A DNA stretch of 64,000 bases from Candidatus Riflebacteria bacterium HGW-Riflebacteria-2 (GTDB lineage: Bacteria; Muiribacteriota; Ozemobacteria; Ozemobacterales; Ozemobacteraceae), in contig PGYA01000020.1 in NCBI GenBank assembly GCA_002839435.1, forward strand, positions 8,312-72,311, read 5' to 3'. Made by a program: the position numbers and the translations under genes. Positions 25,810 through 34,036 of the stretch are shown piece by piece. How positions within the stretch are numbered: position 1 is the stretch's first letter; each line of letters opens with the position of its first letter. The notes beneath the pieces were generated by a model. It was not told where the DNA came from. It saw only the letters and a program-made list of their open reading frames with translations, and searched no databases.

Positions 25810-27390
25810 TTACCAACCTTTTGTATCTATTGGCCAGGGGCCGGTAACTGGCGAACTGGCGCCTTTAAATACATGCAACAGCGCTCGAATAGCCGGCGTT
25901 CTGAAGCCAAAGGTGGCGGCGCAGGTTTTTATCTGCGGCAGGTTGGCCAGGTCATAGGGATTGCGCAGTGCTGCCACCGCAAATTTGTCTGTTTGGCAGG
26001 CGAAATGTTTGATTGCTTCAAGTTGCCCGGTGAACAGATGCGCATTGTAGGTCATAAAAATCATCTGGCACATTTGTGAGTCGCTGCCGAGCGTATTTGA
26101 AACTTGGCTTATAAGCTCTTTCCCAGAGGTTTTAGGGTCATAAACATATGTTCTTGCCCTGGGAAACTCTTTTGCAATCAATGATTTCAGGCCTCCCTGA
26201 TTGTGTTCTTCTTCAACCTGTACCAGCGCCGAAATCTGTGGTACACAGAAAATCAGACTTGCCGAATCTGTGTGCAGCGGCAGCAGTGCTGGGTCATAAC
26301 GTAAGAACCTTATCGATTCTGCGTGCAGTTTTTCAATAAGAGGCTGATGGATAGACTGTAATTCAGGCAGCTCAGCGGTGTTGCGGTTCTCGCTCAGCTT
26401 CTTGCGGGCGCTGGTAACTCGTTGCAGGCTTTCTTCAAGTCTTTTGCCGGCGCGAGGATCTTCACTAAGACGCTTCATTATTGTTTCTGCCGCCAGTTTC
26501 TGCTGTTCGAGCTGGTGGCAGATAAGCAGCTGGTCGGCACCGGCCAGAAAGGACATGGCCGCTGCCTGGGCAATGCCATAAGATTCGGTTATCGCACCCA
26601 TTTCGAGGTCGTCGGTAACCAGCATTCCCTTGAAGCCAAGTTTCTCGCGCAGTAGACCGGTTAGAACCGATTGTGAAAGAGTCGCCGGCAGACCAGGTGT
26701 CTTCTCGTAAGCCGGAAAGAATACGTGCGCGGTCATGATCGCAGCTACTTCATTTCTGATCGCTTCGGCAAAGGGAAAGAGTTCGAAGCGCTCAAGCCTT
26801 TCGGCATCGTATGGAATCATCGGCAGTGTCAGATGTGAATCGACTTTGGCGTCACCTTTGCCGGGAAAATGCTTGGCACAGGCCAGCACGCCGGCTTTCT
26901 GCAGACCTCTTATCGCAGCGCAGCCAAATTCTGCGACGCGTTGCGGTGAATCAGCAAAAGAGCGTGCGCCAATACCGGGGTTGTCGGGGTGATTGATATC
27001 AAGAACCGGAGCAAGATTCCAGTTCAGGCCTAGGCTCAGCATTTCGCGGCCGATTGCCTCGTGACATTGCTCAGTGAGTTCGACGCTGCCGGTAGCCGAC
27101 AGAGCCATGGCTGAAGGAAACAGGCTGCCACGGCTGAGAATTCGCAGAACCAGACCGCCTTCCTGGTCGATCGAAGTAAAAACCTGCTGCCCGGCAGCCT
27201 CACAAATGCGTGCCAGATGCGCTGGCAGCCGCGCCGGGTCTGACAGGTTGCGCGCAAAAACTATCACGCCGCCTATTCCCCATTCTTCGACAAAATGCAA
27301 AAAATCACTACTCGGCTCTTCGCCCTGATAGCCCACAATAAACAGCTGCCCGACCTTTTTCTTGTCCATAATTTTTCCCTGTCGAACCAA
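25810..27390 (-). CDS. nagZ: Beta-N-acetylhexosaminidase, GH3 (NagZ-like) with C-terminal extension
   Basis: 526 aa. GH3 motifs IDQEGG, NWNLAPVLD, KHFPGKGDAKVDSHLTLP and GMLVTDDLEM. Confidence 0.85.
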   Translation of the reverse strand: MVRQGKIMDKKKVGQLFIVGYQGEEPSSDFLHFVEEWGIGGVIVFARNLSDPARLPAHLARICEAAGQQVFTSIDQEGGLVLRILSRGSLFPSAMALSATGSVELTEQCHEAIGREMLSLGLNWNLAPVLDINHPDNPGIGARSFADSPQRVAEFGCAAIRGLQKAGVLACAKHFPGKGDAKVDSHLTLPMIPYDAERLERFELFPFAEAIRNEVAAIMTAHVFFPAYEKTPGLPATLSQSVLTGLLREKLGFKGMLVTDDLEMGAITESYGIAQAAAMSFLAGADQLLICHQLEQQKLAAETIMKRLSEDPRAGKRLEESLQRVTSARKKLSENRNTAELPELQSIHQPLIEKLHAESIRFLRYDPALLPLHTDSASLIFCVPQISALVQVEEEHNQGGLKSLIAKEFPRARTYVYDPKTSGKELISQVSNTLGSDSQMCQMIFMTYNAHLFTGQLEAIKHFACQTDKFAVAALRNPYDLANLPQIKTCAATFGFRTPAIRALLHVFKGASSPVTGPWPIDTKGW

Positions 27391-27465
27391 AAAATCGCCT
27401 TTGTTGTTTTAACAAGTGGCAGGATAGGGTATAATTCACTTGCGAAATTTTCAAGGAGAACTCAA

Positions 27466-28839
27466 ATGTATTGTTTCAGATGCGGAAGCAAATTGCCGCG
27501 AGGGGTTATCAACTGCCCCGACTGCGATACTCCGCAAAAGCGCCGCCAGCGCTATCGTCGTCGCATGATTCTCGGACTTTTTATCTTTCTGGCCGGTGCC
27601 GTCGCCGGCAGTCTTTTTGATACATTCTTTTTCAGGGGCCGTGCCTGGGAGCATTCTTTTTTGGGAGCGCTCAATTCGCAGGAAACCGCCAGCTCAACTG
27701 TTGCGCCAGCCTCAGCCACTGCTTATCGTGGCCCGACCCCGCTGGCGCCTGAAACTCCGACTTTGTCATCATCAACAGCTGTAGTTGCTGATGTGGGCTC
27801 TTCTACTGACACACCGGCATATCAGGAAGCTCCTGCTGCTCCGGTCACTGCTGAAGACTCTGTCCCCACAGAGCCAGTTCTCGATGGTTCGGTCACTGTG
27901 GCTTCTTCTGCCGAAATGCTTGTTGGCAGCGATTCTTCCCGTGTTGCCGAGCCGATTGTGCCTGTCGCCACCGGTCGTCTTGTGTATGCAGGCGTTGATG
28001 TGCTGGAAAAGGGTGGGGGAAGCAGCTATCATGGGTCGCTGTCGCGGGATGGCAGCGAAATGCTTTTTGCCTCGAATCGCTTGAAAATCAACGGCAAAAA
28101 CACTTACCAGTGTTTTATCAAGAAGCCGGTGGCCACAGAAAAAGCTGTGCGGGCCTTTGAATGGCCGGGCAACGTCTGGACCCCGGAGTTTACTCCGGAT
28201 GGCAGTCGCATTGTGTTTTCAAGTGACAGTGTCGCCCCTGAACATCTGTTTGTTTATGATCGCAAAAGCGGCAAGGCAAAGGCTCTTACTCAGGGTGACA
28301 GCAAGAACATGATGTGCGCGGTTTCTCCTGATGGTCGGCTTATCGCTTTTACGTCAGGCCAGAAGGGAAAGTCCAACAATATCTGGATGATCGGCATAGA
28401 TGGCGACAACCTTATGCAGCTAACTTCCGGCGCTGCTGACGATCGTGAGCCGCGCTGGTCGGCAGACGGATCGACACTTTATTTTACCAGAATTCATACC
28501 TATATGAAAAAGTCAGATATCATGAAGGTGCGACTTGATCCGCTTGGCGAAGCTGAGCCGGTAGTTCAGAACGGACGCCGCAACTGGCTGCCTGACATTT
28601 CTCCAGATGGCAGCACTCTCGTATACGTGCGTTCCGAGAGTGAAGATGGCAGCAAAAATGTTATTGTTGTGCATCGCATGGATACAGGTGCTGAAACTGT
28701 CATCAAGCCACTAAATGAAACCGAATGCTTACGGCCGGTCTGGACCACAGACTCTTCTGGTCTGGTGTTTCACGCGACGGTTGGCAGTGCCCGCAATCTT
28801 TATTTCGCGCGTTTCAAACGCGAGTTGCAGGGAGACTGA
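27466..28839 (+). CDS. Zinc-ribbon / TM / TolB-like (PD40) beta-propeller protein
   Basis: Start trimmed to ATG 27466, with AAGGAGA 7 nt upstream. The track ORF begins at 27295, inside nagZ. The N-terminal zinc ribbon is CFRCGSKLPRGVINCPDC, followed by a TM and an Ala/Pro/Ser/Thr/Val-rich low-complexity linker. The repeated PD40 motifs are FTPDGSRIVFSS, VSPDGRLIAFTS, WSADGSTLYFT and ISPDGSTLVYV. Confidence 0.75.
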   Translation: MYCFRCGSKLPRGVINCPDCDTPQKRRQRYRRRMILGLFIFLAGAVAGSLFDTFFFRGRAWEHSFLGALNSQETASSTVAPASATAYRGPTPLAPETPTLSSSTAVVADVGSSTDTPAYQEAPAAPVTAEDSVPTEPVLDGSVTVASSAEMLVGSDSSRVAEPIVPVATGRLVYAGVDVLEKGGGSSYHGSLSRDGSEMLFASNRLKINGKNTYQCFIKKPVATEKAVRAFEWPGNVWTPEFTPDGSRIVFSSDSVAPEHLFVYDRKSGKAKALTQGDSKNMMCAVSPDGRLIAFTSGQKGKSNNIWMIGIDGDNLMQLTSGAADDREPRWSADGSTLYFTRIHTYMKKSDIMKVRLDPLGEAEPVVQNGRRNWLPDISPDGSTLVYVRSESEDGSKNVIVVHRMDTGAETVIKPLNETECLRPVWTTDSSGLVFHATVGSARNLYFARFKRELQGD

Positions 28840-29682
28840 TTGACTTCTTCCGATGAAATACTGTTCCCGCTGCTGTTGTTGCTGCCGATAGGCCTGTTTT
28901 ATCTGGTTTTTCGGCGCAACTGGGTTGATGTAGAACTCCGCACCGCGTTTATTACCGGACTGCTTTTCGGAGGCGTTGCTATTCTGGTTACCAGAGTCGC
29001 CTATGTGCCGATCGAAATGTATCTGGGAACTGATTTGCGCACATTCATCGCCGGGCCGGGAAACTGGTGGACAACCCTGTTAACCAGCATCGGCGTTATC
29101 GGCTTTGTCGAAGAAAGCCTGAAGTCGGCTGGGGGACTGATTGCAGCCAGTCAGGTTTCTTATCTTAGACGCCCGGCTCTGGTGTTTATGGCCTTCGCCG
29201 GTTGCGCGCTTGCTTTTTCCCTGCTTGAGAACATTCAGTATTACCTGATTTTCGGGGCCGAAATTGTGTTGCCGCGAATCATTGTGAGTTCAAGCGCACA
29301 TCTGTTTTTTGCCTGTATCAGTTCAAGTGTTGCCGCAGTTGCTTTCTCGCGATCCACAAGGGCTGACTCTATCGTGTCTGTGCGCATTCTCTGTGGAATT
29401 GTCATTGCGGCTCTGGCGCATGGCTTTTTTGATTTTCTGGTGTTTCATTTTGATATTCAGGCTGCCAGTGGTGTTATCGTAAGTCTGGTGGTGCTGTTCC
29501 TTTTTGGCATACATGAAGCCTGGATATCAGTGCTCAGAGTTGACTCGCCGCAAGAACCTGGCCTGATGATCTGTTCCGGTTGTGGAGCTTTTTCGATCGA
29601 GCGTTCGCGTTTCTGCGGCTTTTGTGGCTCGCGGGTGTTGCGAAAGCCGAGAGCGTCTGCATTCAAGGTTGGTGAAAGCTGA
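28840..29682 (+). CDS. PrsW-like intramembrane protease with C-terminal zinc ribbon
   Basis: 280 aa and polytopic. Contains the EExxK motif (FVEESLK) and His motifs (SSSAHLFF, LAHGFFDF). The C-terminus is CSGCGAFSIERSRFCGFCGS. The TTG start abuts the upstream TGA. Confidence 0.6.
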   Translation: MTSSDEILFPLLLLLPIGLFYLVFRRNWVDVELRTAFITGLLFGGVAILVTRVAYVPIEMYLGTDLRTFIAGPGNWWTTLLTSIGVIGFVEESLKSAGGLIAASQVSYLRRPALVFMAFAGCALAFSLLENIQYYLIFGAEIVLPRIIVSSSAHLFFACISSSVAAVAFSRSTRADSIVSVRILCGIVIAALAHGFFDFLVFHFDIQAASGVIVSLVVLFLFGIHEAWISVLRVDSPQEPGLMICSGCGAFSIERSRFCGFCGSRVLRKPRASAFKVGES

Positions 29683-29692
29683 GGAGGATTAA

Positions 29693-30409
29693 ATGAGAGT
29701 GTCTTTGCTGAGACTTGCGAATATTGTTGTATTGGTCGCGGCTTTTCAATTGTGTTGTGGCAATACGCCTTCGCTGGCAGCAGAAAATATTGCCCGGGCA
29801 AATGAAGAGTGGCAGTTTTTCAGAATAAACGCACAGTATCGCGGCACGGTAAAAAAGGGTTTCAGCAGTCTTGGCTGCGGCCTGGCCTGGTTCAAGGATA
29901 TTTCTCCAGAAAAAACCCAGGTTATCGTGCATGTTTCAGCTTTGCACCCGGAAAAGCGCGGCCAGAAATACACTTTTCGCGTGAACATGGTGCTTAATTG
30001 CCAACCCGACAATTACAGCATCGACTCAGAAGTCTACGCGCAGTTCGCCGGTATCGAAGGTGAGCGTCAGCAGCAGATCAAGCAGTTGGTCGCCCTCTGG
30101 GCATACATGCGCCAGGTCGAAAAGACCGGTGCGGTGCTGAATGAATTTAATGCTGGCGGAGCTCGTATTGGTCTGCGTGATGTTAATGCCCGCCGTGGCA
30201 AGTCGCGTGAAATACACTGCAACTGGACCGGCCGCCGCAATTTTTCCGGCAAATTCTTTTTTGATCAGCTTGCCAGTGCTGCACTTGCTCTCGACAAGTT
30301 CCGTTTCCGAAGCGGCAAACTTTCAGTCTCATTGACCAAAGAAACCGCAGAAACGATAAATCGCGACTTCGCCCACCGCGAGCCCTTCGCCACTGACGTT
30401 TTTAAATAA
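29693..30409 (+). CDS. Hypothetical secreted protein
   Basis: 238 aa with signal peptide MRVSLLRLANIVVLVAAFQLCCG. No family recognised. Confidence 0.5.
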   Translation: MRVSLLRLANIVVLVAAFQLCCGNTPSLAAENIARANEEWQFFRINAQYRGTVKKGFSSLGCGLAWFKDISPEKTQVIVHVSALHPEKRGQKYTFRVNMVLNCQPDNYSIDSEVYAQFAGIEGERQQQIKQLVALWAYMRQVEKTGAVLNEFNAGGARIGLRDVNARRGKSREIHCNWTGRRNFSGKFFFDQLASAALALDKFRFRSGKLSVSLTKETAETINRDFAHREPFATDVFK

Positions 30410-30411
30410 GT

Positions 30412-31317
30412 CTAAAACTTCAGGTTGTCTTCGCGGGTCCAGCCGGATTTTTTGCCTTCCTGAAAGAGGATCTCAAACCACTGCCATTTGCCGACTTTTT
30501 CGACGGCCTTGATTTTAACAACCATGCCTTTGGGCAGCTTTGCGACCATATCGTGTCTGGTGCTGGGGCCGCTTCTGATGTTGGCGAAAGTTTGCACTTC
30601 AATTCTTGCCTGTTCCGGCAGATTGGCGCCATCAACAAAGGTTTTGACCGTTTCTGAAACCGGTGCCGGCTTAGCTATTGCTACGGCGACTCTGCTCTCT
30701 TCAAGTATGGCTTTGGCTGTCTCCTTGTTGAGTTTCCCGGCATCGATTTCGGCAATATCACTCGTGTTGGCGACAACCGTCTGCACAACACTGGCGGGGC
30801 CCTGCACAAGCAGGTCGTCTCGCACCCAGCCCTCTTTTTTGTTGAAGTCCCATTTTATCTGCGTCCAGCCATTTTTTTTGTCAGTAACGGTGCCCTTCGT
30901 GCCTTTGCCAACTTTGAACAGGGCTTTGTCCTGAAGCGACGGGCCAGATCTGACGTTGATCCCGTTTCCGGTGGAGTAGGCGAACCATTTCGGGCCATCG
31001 GGATCAAACGCTTTGCTGTCTTTTTTTTCTGTCACCGGCACAGCGGGTGCAACTGCCTCAACTGGTTTTACCGCAGCATTGTCCACGACTGGAGCAGGAG
31101 TCTCCGCCGGGGATGCTGCAACCGTCGTGGCAGGCTTATCTGCGCTATAGAGAATCTTGACTGTAGAAGATGCACTGTCTCCACCCGCCGCGGCTGTCTG
31201 ACCCGGTGCCCCAGTTTCAGCTTCCATCAGCTTAAACATCTGCTTCCCCATAAAAACGCCCAGAGCGATGACCGAGAGCATTATCACCACGACTGACAAT
31301 ATTTTCGCTTTTTTCAC
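30412..31317 (-). CDS. Membrane-anchored protein with two bacterial SH3 domains
   Basis: 301 aa with an N-terminal TM and an Ala/Pro/Val linker. The two SH3b-like units are GINVRSGPSLQDKALFKVGKGTKGTV...GWTQIKW and ANIRSGPSTRHDMVAKLPKGMVVKI...KWQWFEI. Confidence 0.7.
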   Translation of the reverse strand: MKKAKILSVVVIMLSVIALGVFMGKQMFKLMEAETGAPGQTAAAGGDSASSTVKILYSADKPATTVAASPAETPAPVVDNAAVKPVEAVAPAVPVTEKKDSKAFDPDGPKWFAYSTGNGINVRSGPSLQDKALFKVGKGTKGTVTDKKNGWTQIKWDFNKKEGWVRDDLLVQGPASVVQTVVANTSDIAEIDAGKLNKETAKAILEESRVAVAIAKPAPVSETVKTFVDGANLPEQARIEVQTFANIRSGPSTRHDMVAKLPKGMVVKIKAVEKVGKWQWFEILFQEGKKSGWTREDNLKF

Positions 31318-31437
31318 TACAACCCCTCCGATACAACTTGCTGTGCACCAGTGTAGTACGATAAAAACCCCCTGTCAATACCCCCACTCAAGTTTTTTAA
31401 AGGAGCATTTCACGGAACGTGAGGTTGTCGCCAGGAG

Positions 31438-32385
31438 TCAGGCAACGTGGGTTGTTTCATCTTCTCTGGTTATGTAAATAGGTCTGTTCTTTGTTTCCAG
31501 GTATGTTTTCGCTAAGTATTGGCCTAGAACACCTAAGAAAATAAATTGAAGTCCTTCAATCCCTAGAATCGCACTCGCAAAGTATGCCCATATGCCTACC
31601 TGGTCGCCAGCAACAAAAGTTTTAAGAAGAATAAACATCGTGAATAAAAATGAAAGCAGGCAAAAAATTACTCCGAATAAAGAAGACATAACCAGCGGTA
31701 CAATTGAAAAATCGGTTATTCCGTCAAGGGAATACAAAAAAAGTTTCCAGAAGGACCATTTTGTATTGCCGGCGGCCCTCTGAATGTTTTCATACTCAAA
31801 CCATTTTGTTTTAAACCCAACCCATTCATTTATTCCTTTGATGAATCTATTGTATTCTTTCATCGACAAAATTGCGTTTACCATCTGGCGACGCATCATT
31901 CTGAAATCTCTTGCTCCATCAATAAACTCTGTTCTTGATATCCATCTCATTAATTTGTAATAACTTCTCGCAAAAAGTGATCTGACAAAAGGTTCTCCTT
32001 TGCGGGTAACGCGCTTGGTTGCGACAGCGTCATAGCCATCTTCGTGAATGGCTTTAAACATCATGAGAAGCATGGATGGGGGATCCTGCAAATCTGCATC
32101 CATTATTACAACATAATCACCTTTTGACTTTTCAAGGCCGGCAAATATTGCAGACTCTTTGCCAAAATTTCGTGAGAAAGAAATGTATCGAATATGGGAA
32201 TCGTTTTTTCTCAGTGTCTTTATAATATTTATCGTATTGTCAGTAGAGCCGTCATCAACAAATATGATCTCTAATTCTGCCCCCGCTTTTTCAAGGGCAA
32301 TAAATTCTTTGCTGATCTCTGAATAAAAAATCTCCAGGACTTTTTCTTCGTTAAAGCTCGGAACAACTATAGAAAGAAGTGTCAT
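31438..32385 (-). CDS. GtrB/CsbB/ArnC-like polyprenol-phosphate glycosyltransferase (GT2 with two C-terminal TM)
   Basis: 315 aa. Motifs LSIVVPSFNEE, FVDDGSTDNT and IMDADLQDPP, plus two C-terminal TM helices. Confidence 0.85.
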   Translation of the reverse strand: MTLLSIVVPSFNEEKVLEIFYSEISKEFIALEKAGAELEIIFVDDGSTDNTINIIKTLRKNDSHIRYISFSRNFGKESAIFAGLEKSKGDYVVIMDADLQDPPSMLLMMFKAIHEDGYDAVATKRVTRKGEPFVRSLFARSYYKLMRWISRTEFIDGARDFRMMRRQMVNAILSMKEYNRFIKGINEWVGFKTKWFEYENIQRAAGNTKWSFWKLFLYSLDGITDFSIVPLVMSSLFGVIFCLLSFLFTMFILLKTFVAGDQVGIWAYFASAILGIEGLQFIFLGVLGQYLAKTYLETKNRPIYITREDETTHVA

Positions 32386-32403
32386 ATAATCTCTCCGCGC
32401 AAT

Positions 32404-33990
32404 TTATGGATGAAATATTCTTTTAAAATATACAGTATCAGAGTCTTCTAACAGAATTTCATACTTGTCTTTTCTTTCTCTAAGATATGCAGCCAAGCTA
32501 TTCCCAGAGCGAGTTAAGAATGCATCAAAGCGATATTTGTTAATCAAAATCTCAGGAGTAAACTGTTCATTCTTGATAGAGGAATTCTTATTTGTCAGGT
32601 TCGCCAGATTGAAAGCATCGCGAAGGTTGTGAGGCGAAAACAGGTCTGCTCTGGCATCAACAAAAGTTTCTATGTTATTGTATATTAAAGAAACGCCAAA
32701 ATCATAATCATTATAGAGTCTTTTAGGGGACTCTTTTTTGACCAGTTCTATGAATCTACTTTCCAGTACCGTTGAAATCAATCTGTTTTCACGTGTTGTC
32801 TTAATCGTATTACTTATACCCATGATATTCAGTATTAGCAGACCTGCCAATACTACATAAAAGAGCGTATTTGCGTGCTTTTTTGCTGGTGCAAAAATTG
32901 GAACAGGAAAATATTCAAAAACAAAAAAAGTGGATGCAATGTAAAAAACAACACCAAATCTGACACTTCTGAAAAACATATAAGAGAAAAACAAGAAAAT
33001 AAGCAAATCAACTGCCTTAATTTTTTTTTCGGTTATCATAAATCCGAGGGAAACAAATGAAAGAGGGAAAAATAATATGAATACTTGCCAATACTCTTTT
33101 GCGTCTGGCGATGACCATTCAGAAATCATCTTTTGCATAAAAGAATCACCCATGTTTGAATATGGGTAAACCAGCATTTCTATGCTATAAGGGTTGATAA
33201 TCAAAGCTAATATTGATGCCAGTCCTGCTATCAGAAAAGCAAAAGACCTGTTTCTCGGCAGTTTATCAAAATGCAGCTTTCCTATAGAGAATTCAAAACT
33301 GCTGGTAACAAAAAAAGCAAAACACAAGATATACGACATTGTTGATGAGCCTCCATGCAGGTTGGCCCAGAAGAATGCTATCAAAGGAATAAGATAAATT
33401 GCCTTAGAGGATTCGTTCGATCTGTAATGGTAGAGGCATGCCAGGGTGGCATAAATGAGAAAATAGCTGAATAAATGTGGGCGACCATAGAACATCAGCT
33501 TGAAAAGAACTGACATTGGCAAAAAGAAAGCTGCCGGCAAAAGAATACTAAGGCCTAAAAATTTCTTGTTTCTTCGAATAATTAGAAAAGCCATCAAACA
33601 GGCTGATGTGAGTGAAAATAAATATATTCCAATCTCGCCCGTAGTATGATGTATGAGGTAGAATATTACCTGAGAAAGCCATTCATGAGAAAGCCATTCA
33701 ATTTGATTCTCTTTTGCATACCATGAGAAAACATCTACAGAAGGTAAGGAAAAATTGGTGACCATCCATTCCCCAGCTTTGACGTGCCACCAGAAGTCGT
33801 TTCCGGATATTCCGATGCTGAACAGGCAAGTTAATGCAGTCATTACCATTACTGATAAAACTATATAGCTTCTGTTGTCGGTTTCCATGATCAGGTGTCG
33901 GTCGATCCTAACGGATGATAATGTGTTTCTATGGGGAAAGACTTTGAAAAGCCTAATTATATTATCATACGAAAGACCAAAAGAAAACAC
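32404..33990 (-). CDS. GT-C-type polytopic membrane protein
   Basis: 528 aa with about 12 TM segments and a C-terminal soluble domain. It lies directly downstream of the GtrB-like gene. The start is uncertain, with Met35 at 33888 as an alternative. Contains a perfect 15-nt tandem duplication at 33671-33700. Confidence 0.5.
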   Translation of the reverse strand: MFSFGLSYDNIIRLFKVFPHRNTLSSVRIDRHLIMETDNRSYIVLSVMVMTALTCLFSIGISGNDFWWHVKAGEWMVTNFSLPSVDVFSWYAKENQIEWLSHEWLSQVIFYLIHHTTGEIGIYLFSLTSACLMAFLIIRRNKKFLGLSILLPAAFFLPMSVLFKLMFYGRPHLFSYFLIYATLACLYHYRSNESSKAIYLIPLIAFFWANLHGGSSTMSYILCFAFFVTSSFEFSIGKLHFDKLPRNRSFAFLIAGLASILALIINPYSIEMLVYPYSNMGDSFMQKMISEWSSPDAKEYWQVFILFFPLSFVSLGFMITEKKIKAVDLLIFLFFSYMFFRSVRFGVVFYIASTFFVFEYFPVPIFAPAKKHANTLFYVVLAGLLILNIMGISNTIKTTRENRLISTVLESRFIELVKKESPKRLYNDYDFGVSLIYNNIETFVDARADLFSPHNLRDAFNLANLTNKNSSIKNEQFTPEILINKYRFDAFLTRSGNSLAAYLRERKDKYEILLEDSDTVYFKRIFHP

Positions 33991-34036
33991 CGCAATTCTG
34001 CCCCTTTATGTTAATATAATGCGAGAGATGAGATAG

